From Eledone cirrhosa (Eukaryota), in contig OZ024743.1 of NCBI GenBank assembly GCA_964016885.1, positions 336,288,001 to 336,352,000 of the forward strand: DNA of 64,000 nucleotides, in the 5' to 3' direction. Shown here in pieces: positions 24,001-36,000 of this stretch (positions are counted from its first letter, which is position 1; each line of letters starts with the position of its first letter). The notes under the pieces are model-generated. The model saw nothing but the letters and a program-made list of their open reading frames with translations. It made no database searches and was not told the origin of the DNA. Position numbers and translations under genes: made by a program.

Positions 24001-27000
24001 TCTTCCAGTCTGTCTCCTTCCCTCTTTCTCTCTGTCTCTATCTTCCAGTCTGTCTACTTCCCTCTTTCTCTCTGTCTCTATCTTCCTAGTCTGTCTCCTT
24101 CCCTCTTTCTCTCTGTCTCTATCTTCCAGTCTGTCTCCTTCCCTCTTTCTCTCTGTCTCTATCTTCCAGTCTGTCTCCTTCCCTCTTTCTCTCTGTCTCT
24201 ATCTTCCAGTCTGTCTCCTTCTCTCTTTTTCTCTGTCTCTATCTTCCAGTCTGTCTCCTTCCCTCTTTCTCTCTGTCTCTATCTTCCAGTCTGTCTCCTC
24301 CTCTCTTTCTCTATGTCTCTATCTTCCAGTCGGTCCCCTTCTCTCTTTCTCTCTGTCTCTATCTTCCAGTCTGTCTCCTTCTGTCTTTCTCTCTGTCTCT
24401 ATCTTCCAGTCTGTCTCCTTCCCTCTTTCTCTCTGTCTCTATCTTCCAGTCTGTCTCCTTCTCTCTTTCTCTCCGTCTCTATCTTCCAGTCTGTCTCCTT
24501 CTCTCTTTCTCTCTGTCTCTATCTTCCAGTCTGTCTCCTTCCCTCTTTCTCTCTGTCTCTATCTTCCAGTCTGTCTCCTTCCCTCTTTCTCTCTGTCTCT
24601 ATCTTCCAGTCTGTCTACTTCCCTCTTTCTCTCTGTCTCTATCTTCCAGTCTGTCTCCTTCCCTCTTTCTCTCTGTCTCTATCTTCCAGTCTGCCTCCTT
24701 CCCTCTTTCTCTCTGTCTCTATCTTCCAGTCTGTCTCCTTCCCTCTTTCTCTCTGTCTCTATCTTCCAGTCTGTCTCCTTCCCTCTTTCTCTCTATCTCT
24801 ATCTTCCAGTCTGTCTCCTTCTCTTTTTCTCTCTGTCTCTATCTTCCTGTCTGTCTCCTTCCCTCTTTCTCTCTGTCTCTATCTTCCAGTCTGTCTCCTT
24901 CTCTCTTTCTCTCTGTCTCTATCTTCCAGTCTGTCTCCTGCCCTCTTTCTCTCTCTCTCTATCTCTAGTCTGTCTCCTTCCCTCTTTCTCTCTGCCTCTA
25001 TCTTCCAGTCTGCTTCCTTCCCTCTTTCTCTCTGTCTCTATCTTCCAGTCTGTCTCCTTCTCTCTTTCTCTCTGTCTCTATCTTCCAGTCTGTCTCCTTC
25101 CCTCTTTCTCTCTGTCTCTATCTTCCAGTCTGTCTCCTTCTCTCTTTCTCTCTGTCTCTATCTTTCAGTCTGTCTCCTTCCCTCTTTCTCTCTGTCTCTA
25201 TCTTCCAGTCTGTCTCCTTCCTTCTTTCTCTCTGTCTCTATCTTCCAGTCTGTCTCCTTCCCTCTTTCTCTCTGTCTCCATCTTCCAGTCTGTCTCCTTC
25301 CCTCTTTCTCTCTGTCTCTATCTTCCAGTCTGTCTCCTTCCCTCTTTCTCTCTGTCTCTATCTTCCAGTCTGTCTCCTTCTCTCTTTCTCTCTGTCTCTA
25401 TCTTCCAGTCTGTCTCCTTCCCTCTTTCTCTCTGTCTCTATCTTCCAGTCTGTCTCCTTCTCTCTTTCTCTCTCTCTCTATCTTCCAGTCTGTCTCCTTC
25501 CCTCTTTCTCTCTGTCTCTATCTTCCAGTCTGTCTCCTTACCTCTTTCTCTCTGTCTCTATCTTCCAGTCTGTCTCCTTCCCTCTTTCTCTCTGTCTCTA
25601 TCTTCCAGTCTGTCTCCTTCCCTCTTTCTCTCTGTCTCTATCTTCCAGTCTGTCTCCTTCTCTCTTTCTCTCTGTCTCTATCTTCCAGTCTGTCTCCTTC
25701 CCTCTTTCTCTCTGTCTCTATCTTCCAGTCTGTCTCCTTCCCTCTTTCTCTCTGTCTCTATCTTCCAGTCTGTCTCCTTCCCTCTTTCTCTCTGTCTCTA
25801 TCTTCCAGTCTGTCTCCTTCTCTCTTTCTCTCTGTCTCTATCTTCCAGTCTGTCTCCTTCCCTCTTTCTCTCTGTCTCTATCTTCCAGTCTGTCTCCTTC
25901 TCTCTTTCTCTCTCTCTCTATCTTCCAGTATGTCTCCTTCCCTCTTTCTCTCTGTCTCTATCTTCCAGTCTGTCTCCTTAACTCTTTCTCTCTGTCTCTA
26001 TCTTCCAGTCTGCCTCCTTCCCTCTTTCTCTCTATCTCTATCTTCCAGTCTGTCTCCTTCCCTCTTTCTCTCTAACTCTATCTTCCAGTCTGTCTCCTTC
26101 CCTCTTTCTCTCTATCTCTATCTTCCAGTCTGTCTCCTTCCCTCTTTCTCTCTGTCTCTATCTTCCAGTCTGTCTCCTTCCCTCTTTCTCTCTGTCTCTA
26201 TCTTCCAGTCTGTCTCCTTCTCTCTTTCTCTCTCTCTCTATCTTCCAGTCTGTCTCCTTCCCTCTTTCTCTCTGTCTCTATCTTCCAGTCTGTCTCCTTA
26301 CCTCTTTCTCTCTGTCTCTATCTTCCAGTCTGCCTCCTTCCCTCTTTCTCTCTGTCTCTATCTTCCAGTCTGTCTCCTTCCCTCTTTCTCTCTGTCTCTA
26401 TCTTCCAGTCTGTCTCCTTCTCTCTTTCTCTATGTCTCTATCTTCCAGTCTGTCTCCTTCCCTCTTTCTCTTTGTCTCTATCTTCCAGTCTGCCTCCTTC
26501 CCTCTTTCTCTCTGTCTCTATCTTCCAGTCTGTCTCCTTCCCTCTTTCTCTTTGTCTCTATCTTCCAGTCTGTCTCCTTCCCTCTTTCTCTTTGTCTCTA
26601 ACTTCCAGTCTGCCTCCTTCCCTCTTTCTCTCTGTCTCTATCTTCCAGTCTGTCTCCTTCCCTCTTTCTCTCTGTCTCTATCTTCCAGTCTGCCTCCTTC
26701 CCTCTTTCTCTCTGTCTCTATCTTCCAGTCTGTCTCCTTCCCTCTTTCTCTCTATCTCTATCTTCCAGTCTGCCTCCTTCTCTCTTTCTCTCTGTCTCTG
26801 TCTTCCAGTCTGTTTCCTTCCCCCTTTCTCTCTGTCTCTATCTTCCAGTCTGTCTCCTTCCCTCTTTCTCTCTGCCTCTATCTTCCAGTCTGTCTCCTCC
26901 TCTCTTTCTCTATGTCTCTATCTTCCAGTCGGTCCCCTTCTCTCTTTCTCTCTGTCTCTATCTTCCAGTCTGTCTCCTCTCTTTCTCTCTGTCTCTATCT

Positions 27001-30000
27001 TCCAGTCTGTCTCCTTCCCTCTTTCTCTCTGTCTCTATCTTCCAGTCTGTCTCCTTCTCTCTTTTTCTCTGTCTCTATCTTCCAGTCTGTCTCCTTCCCT
27101 CTTTCTCTCTGTCTCTATCTTCCAGTCTGTCTCCTCCTCTCTTTCTCTATGTCTCTATCTTCCAGTCGGTCCCCTTCTCTCTTTCTCTCTGTCTCTATCT
27201 TCCAGTCTGTCTCCTTCCCTCTTTCTCTCTGTCTCTATCTTCCAGTCTGTCTTCTTACCTCTTTCTCTCTGTCTCTATCTTCCAGTCTGCCTCCTTCCCT
27301 CTTTCTCTCTGTCTCTATCTTCCAGTCTGTCTCCTTCCCTCTTTCTCTCTGTCTCTATCTTCCAGTCTGTCTCCTTCTCTCTTTCTCTATGTCTCTATCT
27401 TCCAGTCTGTCTCCTTCCCTCTTTCTCTTTGTCTCTATCTTCCAGTCTGCCTCCTTCCCTCTTTCTCTCTGTCTCTATCTTCCAGTCTGTCTCCTTCCCT
27501 CTTTCTCTTTGTCTCTATCTTCCAGTCTGTCTCCTTCCCTCTTTCTCTTTGTCTCTAACTTCCAGTCTGCCTCCTTCCCTCTTTCTCTCTGTCTCTATCT
27601 TCCAGTCTGTCTCCTTCCCTCTTTCTCTCTGTCTCTATCTTCCAGTCTGCCTCCTTCCCTCTTTCTCTCTGTCTCTATCTTCCAGTCTGTCTCCTTCCCT
27701 CTTTCTCTCTATCTCTATCTTCCAGTCTGCCTCCTTCTCTCTTTCTCTCTGTCTCTGTCTTCCAGTCTGTTTCCTTCCCCCTTTCTCTCTGTCTCTATCT
27801 TCCAGTCTGTCTCCTTCTCTCTTTTTCTCTGTCTCTATCTTCCAGTCTGTCTCCTTCCCTCTTTCTCTCTGCCTCTATCTTCCAGTCTGTCTCCTCCTCT
27901 CTTTCTCTATGTCTCTATCTTCCAGTCGGTCCCCTTCTCTCTTTCTCTCTGTCTCTATCTTCCAGTCTGTCTCCTTCCCTCTTTCTCTCTGTCTCTATCT
28001 TCCAGTCTGTCTCCTTCCCTCTTTCTCTCTGTCTCTATCTTCCAGTCTGTCTACTTCCCTCTTTCTCTCTGTCTCTATCTTCCAGTCTGTCTCCTTCCCT
28101 CTTTCTCTCTGTCTCTATCTTCCAGTCTGTCTCCTTCCCTCTTTCTCTCTGTCTCTATCTTCCAGTCTGTCTCCTTCCCTCTTTCTCTCTGTCTCTATCT
28201 TCCAGTCTGTCTCCTTCTCTCTTTTTCGCTGTCTCTATCTTCCAGTCTGTCTCCTTCCCTCTTTCTCTCTGTCTCTATCTTCCAGTCTGTCTCCTCCTCT
28301 CTTTCTCTATGTCTCTATCTTCCAGTCGGTCCCCTTCTCTCTTTCTCTCTGTCTCTATCTTCCAGTCTGTCTCCTTCTGTCTTTCTCTCTGTCTCTATCT
28401 TCCAGTCTGTCTCCTTCCCTCTTTCTCTCTGTCTCTATCTTCCAGTCTGTCTCCTTCTCTCTTTCTCTCCGTCTCTATCTTCCAGTCTGTCTCCTTCTCT
28501 CTTTCTCTCTGTCTCTATCTTCCAGTCTGTCTCCTTCCCTCTTTCTCTCTGTCTCTATCTTCCAGTCTGCCTCCTTCCCTCTTTCTCTCTGTCTCTATCT
28601 TCCAGTCTGTCTCCTTCCCTCTTTCTCTCTGTCTCTATCTTCCAGTCTGTCTCCTTCCCTCTTTCTCTCTATCTCTATCTTCCAGTCTGTCTCCTTCTCT
28701 CTTTCTCTCTGTCTCTATCTTCCTGTCTGTCTCCTTCCCTCTTTCTCTCTGTCTCTATCTTCCAGTCTGTCTCCTTCTCTCTTTCTCTCTGTCTCTATCT
28801 TCCAGTCTGTCTCCTGCCCTCTTTCTCTCTCTCTCTATCTCTAGTCTGTCTCCTTCCCTCTTTCTCTCTGCCTCTATCTTCCAGTCTGCTTCCTTCCCTC
28901 TTTCTCTCTGTCTCTATCTTCCAGTCTGTCTCCTTACCTCTTTCTCTATGTCTCTATCTTCCAGTCTGTCTCCTTCTCTCTTTCTCTCTGTCTCTATCTT
29001 CCAGTCTGTCTCCTTCCCTCTTTCTCTCTGTCTCTATCTTCCAGTCTGTCTCCTTCTCTCTTTCTCTCTGTCTCTATCTTTCAGTCTGTCTCCTTCCCTC
29101 TTTCTCTCTGTCTCTATCTTCCAGTCTGTCTCCTTCCTTCTTTCTCTCTGTCTCTATCTTCCAGTCTGTCTCCTTCCCTCTTTCTCTCTGTCTCCATCTT
29201 CCAGTCTGTCTCCTTCCCTCTTTCTCTCTGTCTCTATCTTCCAGTCTGTCTCCTTCCCTCTTTCTCTCTGTCTCTATCTTCCAGTCTGTCTCCTTCTCTC
29301 TTTCTCTCTGTCTCTATCTTCCAGTCTGTCTCCTTCCCTCTTTCTCTCTGTCTCTATCTTCCAGTCTGTCTCCTTCTCTCTTTCTCTCTCTCTCTATCTT
29401 CCAGTCTGTCTCCTTCCCTCTTTCTCTCTGTCTCTATCTTCCAGTCTGTCTCCTTACCTCTTTCTCTCTGTCTCTATCTTCCAGTCTGTCTCCTTCCCTC
29501 TTTCTCTCTGTCTCTATCTTCCAGTCTGTCTCCTTCCCTCTTTCTCTCTGTCTCTATCTTCCAGTCTGTCTCCTTCTCTCTTTCTCTCTGTCTCTATCTT
29601 CCAGTCTGTCTCCTTCCCTCTTTCTCTCTGTCTCTATCTTCCAGTCTGTCTCCTTCCCTCTTTCTCTCTGTCTCTATCTTCCAGTCTGTCTCCTTCCCTC
29701 TTTCTCTCTGTCTCTATCTTCCAGTCTGTCTCCTTCTCTCTTTCTCTCTGTCTCTATCTTCCAGTCTGTCTCCTTCCCTCTTTCTCTCTGTCTCTATCTT
29801 CCAGTCTGTCTCCTTCTCTCTTTCTCTCTCTCTCTATCTTCCAGTATGTCTCCTTCCCTCTTTCTCTCTGTCTCTATCTTCCAGTCTGTCTCCTTAACTC
29901 TTTCTCTCTGTCTCTATCTTCCAGTCTGCCTCCTTCCCTCTTTCTCTCTATCTCTATCTTCCAGTCTGTCTCCTTCCCTCTTTCTCTCTAACTCTATCTT

Positions 30001-33000
30001 CCAGTCTGTCTCCTTCCCTCTTTCTCTCTATCTCTATCTTCCAGTCTGTCTCCTTCCCTCTTTCTCTCTGTCTCTATCTTCCAGTCTGTCTCCTTCCCTC
30101 TTTCTCTCTGTCTCTATCTTCCAGTCTGTCTCCTTCTCTCTTTCTCTCTCTCTCTATCTTCCAGTCTGTCTCCTTCCCTCTTTCTCTCTGTCTCTATCTT
30201 CCAGTCTGTCTCCTTACCTCTTTCTCTCTGTCTCTATCTTCCAGTCTGCCTCCTTCCCTCTTTCTCTCTGTCTCTATCTTCCAGTCTGTCTCCTTCCCTC
30301 TTTCTCTCTGTCTCTATCTTCCAGTCTGTCTCCTTCTCTCTTTCTCTATGTCTCTATCTTCCAGTCTGTCTCCTTCCCTCTTTCTCTTTGTCTCTATCTT
30401 CCAGTCTGACTCCTTCCCTCTTTCTCTCTGTCTCTATCTTCCAGTCTGTCTCCTTCCCTCTTTCTCTTTGTCTCTATCTTCCAGTCTGTCTCCTTCCCTC
30501 TTTCTCTTTGTCTCTAACTTCCAGTCTGCCTCCTTCCCTCTTTCTCTCTGTCTCTATCTTCCAGTCTGTCTCCTTCCCTCTTTCTCTCTGTCTCTATCTT
30601 CCAGTCTGCCTCCTTCCCTCTTTCTCTCTGTCTCTATCTTCCAGTCTGTCTCCTTCCCTCTTTCTCTCTATCTCTATCTTCCAGTCTGCCTCCTTCTCTC
30701 TTTCTCTCTGTCTCTGTCTTCCAGTCTGTTTCCTTCCCCCTTTCTCTCTGTCTCTATCTTCCAGTCTGTCTCCTTCTCTCTTTTTCTCTGTCTCTATCTT
30801 CCAGTCTGTCTCCTTCCCTCTTTCTCTCTGCCTCTATCTTCCAGTCTGTCTCCTCCTCTCTTTCTCTATGTCTCTATCTTCCAGTCGGTCCCCTTCTCTC
30901 TTTCTCTCTGTCTCTATCTTCCAGTCTGTCTCCTCTCTTTCTCTCTGTCTCTATCTTCCAGTCTGTCTCCTTCCCTCTTTCTCTCTGTCTCTATCTTCCA
31001 GTCTGTCTCCTTCTCTCTTTTTCTCTGTCTCTATCTTCCAGTCTGTCTCCTTCCCTCTTTCTCTCTGTCTCTATCTTCCAGTCTGTCTCCTCCTCTCTTT
31101 CTCTATGTCTCTATCTTCCAGTCGGTCCCCTTCTCTCTTTCTCTCTGTCTCTATCTTCCAGTCTGTCTCCTTCTGTCTTTCTCTCTGTCTCTATCTTCCA
31201 GTCTGTCTCCTTCTCTCTTTCTCTCCGTCTCTATCTTCCAGTCTGTCTCCTTCTCTCTTTCTCTCTGTCTCTATCTTCCAGTCTGTCTCCTTCCCTCTTT
31301 CTCTCTGTCTCTATCTTCCAGTCTGTCTCCTTCCCTCTTTCTCTCTGTCTCTATCTTCCAGTCTGTCTACTTCCCTCTTTCTCTCTGTCTCTATCTTCCA
31401 GTCTGTCTCCTTCCCTCTTTCTCTCTGTCTCTATCTTCCAGTCTGCCTCCTTCCCTCTTTCTCTCTGTCTCTATCTTCCAGTCTGTCTCCTTCCCTCTTT
31501 CTCTCTGTCTCTATCTTCCAGTCTGTCTCCTTCCCTCTTTCTCTCTATCTCTATCTTCCAGTCTGTCTCCTTCTCTCTTTCTCTCTGTCTCTATCTTCCA
31601 GTCTGTCTCCTTCCCTCTTTCTCTCTGTCTCTATCGTCCAGTCTGTCTCCTTCTCTCTTTCTCTCTGTCTCTATCTTCCAGTCTGTCTCCTGCCCTCTTT
31701 CTCTCTCTCTCTATCTCTAGTCTGTCTCCTTCCCTCTTTCTCTCTGCCTCTATCTTCCAGTCTGCTTCCTTCCCTCTTTCTCTCTGTCTCTATCTTCCAG
31801 TCTGTCTCCTTACCTCTTTCTCTATGTCTCTATCTTCCAGTCTGTCTCCTTCTCTCTTTCTCTCTGTCTCTATCTTCCAGTCTGTCTCCTTCCCTCTTTC
31901 TCTCTGTCTCTATCTTCCAGTCTGTCTCCTTCTCTCTTTCTCTCTGTCTCTATCTTTCAGTCTGTCTCCTTCCCTCTTTCTCTCTGTCTCTATCTTCCAG
32001 TCTGTCTCCTTCCCTCTTTCTCTCTGTCTCTATCTTCCAGTCTGTCTCCTTCCCTCTTTCTCTCTGTCTCTATCTTCCAGTCTGTCTCCTTCCCTCTTTC
32101 TCTCTGTCTCTATCTTCCAGTCTGTCTCCTTCTCTCTTTCTCTCTATCTCTATCTTCCAGTCTGTCTCCTTCCCTCTTTCTCTCTAACTCTATCTTCCAG
32201 TCTGTCTCCTTCCCTCTTTCTCTCTATCTCTATCTTCCAGTCTGTCTCCTTCCCTCTTTCTCTCTGTCTCTATCTTCCAGTCTGTCTCCTTCCCTCTTTC
32301 TCTCTGTCTCTATCTTCCACTCTGTCTCCTTCTCTCTTTCTCTCTCTCTCTATCTTCCAGTCTGTCTCCTTCCCTCTTTCTCTCTGTCTCTATCTTACAG
32401 TCTGTCTCCTTACCTCTTTCTCTATGTCTCTATCTTCCAGTCTGCCTCCTTCCCTCTTTCTCTCTGTCTCTATCTTCCAGTCTGTCTCCTTCCCTCTTTC
32501 TCTCGGTCTCTATCTTCCAGTCTGTCTCATTCTCTCTTTCTCTATGTCTCTATCTTCCAGTGTGTCTCCTTCCCTCTTTCTCTTTGTCTCTATCTTCCAG
32601 TCTGCCTCCTTCCCTCTTTCTCTCTGTCTCTATCTTCCAGTCTGTCTCCTTCCCTCTTTCTCTTTGTCTCTATCTTCCAGTCTGTCTCCTTCCCTCTTTC
32701 TCTTTGTCTCTATCTTCCAGTCTGCCTCCTTCCCTCTTTCTCTCTGTCTCTATCTTCCAGTCTGTCTCCTTCCCTCTTTCTCTCTGTCTCTATCTTCCAG
32801 TCTGCCTCATTCCCTCTTTCTCTCTGTCTCTATCTTCCAGTCTGTCTCCTTCCCTCTTTCTCTCTATCTCTATCTTCCAGTCTGCCTCCTTCTCTCTTTC
32901 TCTCTGTCTCTGTCTTCCAGTCTGTTTCCTTCCCTCTTTCTCTCTGTCTCTATCTTCCAGTCTGTCTCCTTCTCTCTTTTTCTCTGTCTCTATCTTCCAG

Positions 33001-36000
33001 TCTGTCTCCTTCCCTCTTTCTCTCTGTCTCTATCTTCCTGTCTGTCTCCTCCTCTCTTTCTCTATGTCTCTATCTTCCAGTCGGTCCCCTTCTCTCTTTC
33101 TCTCTGTCTCTATCTTCCAGTCTGTCTCCTTCTCTCTTTCTCTCTGTCTCTATCTTCCAGTCTGTCTCCTTCCCTCTTTCTCTCTGTCTCTATCTTCCAG
33201 TCTGTCTCCTTCTCTCTTTCTCTCTGTCTCTATCTTCCAGTCTGTCTCCTTCTCTCTTTCTCTCTGTCTCTATCTTCCAGTCTGTCTCCTTCCCTCATTC
33301 TCTCTGTCTCTATCTTCCAGTCTGTCTCCTTCCCTCTTTCTCTCTGTCTCTATCTTCCAGTCTGTCTACTTCCCTCTTTCTCTCTGTCTCTATCTTCCAG
33401 TCTGTCTCCTTCCCTCTTTCTCTCTGTCTCTATCTTCCAGTCTGTCTCCTTCCCTCTTTCTCTCTGTCTCTATCTTCCAGTCTGTCTCCTTCCTTCTTTC
33501 TCTCTGTCTCTATCTTCCAGTCTGCCTCCTTCCCTCTTTCTCTCTGTCTCTATCTTCCAGTCTGTCTCTTTCCCTCTTTCTCTCTGTCTCTATCTTCCAG
33601 TCTGTCTCCTTCCATCTTTCTCTCTATCTCTATCTTCCAGTCTGTCTCCTTCTCTCTTTCTCTCTGTCTCTATCTTCCAGTCTGTCTCCTTCCCTCTTTC
33701 TCTCTGTCTCTATCTTCCAGTCTGTCTCCTTCCCCCTTTCTCTCTGTCTCTATCTTCCAGTCTGTCTCCTTCCCTCTTTCTCTTTGTCTCTATCTTCCAG
33801 TCTGCCTCCTTCCCTCTTTCTCTCTGTCTCTATCTTCCAGTCTGTCTCCTTCCCTCTTTCTCTTTGTCTCTATCTTCCAGTCTGTCTCCTTCCCTCTTTC
33901 TCTTTGTCTCTATCTTCCAGTCTGTCTCCTTCCCTCTTTCTCTATGTCTCTATCTTCCAGTCTGTCTCCTTCTCTTTTTCTCTCTGTCTCTATCTTCCAG
34001 TCTGTCTCCTTCTCTCTTTCTCTCTGTCTCTATCTTCCAGTCTGTCTCCTTCCCTCTTTCTCTCTCTCTCTATCTTCCGGTCTGTCTCCTTCTCTCTTTC
34101 TCTCTGTCTCTATCTACCAGTCTGTCTCCTTCCCTCTTTCTCTCTGTCTCTATCTTCCAGTCTGTCTCCTTCCCTCTTTCTCTCTGTCTCTATCTTCCAG
34201 TCTGTCTCCTTCCCTCTTTCTCACTGTCTCTATCTTCCAGTCTGTCTCCTTCCCTCTTTCTCTCTATCTCTATCTTCCAGTCTGCCTCCTTCTCTCTTTC
34301 TCTCTGTCTCTGTCTTCCAGTCTGTTTCCTTCCCTCTTTCTCTCTGTCTCTATCTTCCAGTCTGTCTCCTTCTCTCTTTCTCTCTGTCTCTATCTTCCAG
34401 TCTGTCTCCTTCTCTCTTTCTCTCTGTCTCTATCTTCCAGTCTGTCTCCTTCTCTCTTTCTCTCTGTCTCTATCTTCCAGTGTGTCTCCTTCCCTCTTTC
34501 TCTCTGTCTCTATCTTCCAGTCTGTCTCCTTCCCTCTTTCTCTCTGTCTCTATCTTCCAGTCTGTCTCCTTCCCTCTTTCTCTCTGTCTCTATCTTCCAG
34601 TCTGTCTCCTTCTCTCTTTCTATCTGTCTCTATCTTCCAGTCTGTCTCCTTCCCTCTTTCTCTCTGTCTCTATCTTCCAGTCTGTCTCCTTCCCTCTTTC
34701 TCTCTGTCTCTATCTTCCAGTCTGTCTCCTTCCCTCTTTCTCTCTGTCTCTATCTTCCAGTCTACCTCCTTCCCTCTTTCTCTCTGTCTCTATCTTCCAG
34801 TCTGTCTCCTTCCCTCTTTCTCTCTGTCTCTATCTTCCAGTCTGTCTCCTTCCCTCTTTCTCTCTGTCTCTATCTTCCAGTCTGTCTCCTTCCCTCTTTC
34901 TCTCTGTCTCTATCTTCCAGTCTGTCTCCTTCTCTCTTTCTATCTGTCTCTATCTTCCAGTCTGTCTCCTTCCCTCTTTCTCTCTGTCTCTATCTTCCAG
35001 TCTGTCTCCTTCTCTCTTTCTCTCTGTCTCTATCTTCCAGTCTGTCTCCTGCCCTCTTTCTCTCTCTCTCTATCTCTAGTCTGTCTCCTTCCCTCTTTCT
35101 CTCTGCCTCTATCTTCCAGTCTGCTTCCTTCCCTCTTTCTCTCTGTCTCTATCTTCCAGTCTGTCTCCTTCCCTCTTTCTCTATGTCTCTATCTTCCAGT
35201 CTGTCTCCTTCTCTCTTTCTCTCTGTCTCTATCTTCCAGTCTGTCTCCTTCCCTCTTTCTCTCTGTCTCTATCTTCCAGTCTGTCTCCTTCTCTCTTTCT
35301 CTCTGTCTCTATCTTTCAGTCTGTCTCCTTCCCTCTTTCTCTCTGTCTCTATCTTCCAGTCTGTCTCCTTCCCTCTTTCTCTCTGTCTCTATCTTCCAGT
35401 CTGTCTCCTTCCCTCTTTCTCTCTGTCTCTATCTTCCAGTCTGTCTCCTTCCCTCTTTCTCTCTGTCTCTATCTTCCAGTCTGTCTCCTTCCCTCTTTCT
35501 CTCTGTCTCTATCTTCCAGTCTGTCTCCTTCTCTCTTTCTCTCTGTCTCTATCTTCCAGTCTGTCTCCTTCCCTCTTTCTCTCTGTCTCTATCTTCCAGT
35601 CTGTCTCCTTCTCTCTTTCTCTCTCTATCTTCCAGTCTGTCTCCTTCCCTCTTTCTCTCTGTCTCTATCTTCCAGTCTGTCTCCTTAACTCTTTCTCTCT
35701 GTCTCTATCTTCCAGTCTGGCTCCTTCCCTCTTTCTCTCTGTCTCTATCTTCCAGTCTGTCTCCTTCTCTCTTTCTCTCTGTCTCTATCTTCCAGTCTGT
35801 CTCCTTCCCTCTTTCTCTCTGTCTCTATCTTCCAGTCTGTCTCCTTCCCTCTTTCTCTCTGTCTCTATCTTCCAGTCTGTCTACTTCCCTCTTTCTCTCT
35901 GTCTCTATCTTCCAGTCTGTCTCCTTCCCTCTTTCTCTCTGTCTCTATCTTCCAGTCTGCCTCCTTCCCTCTTTCTCTCTGTCTCTATCTTCCAGTCTGT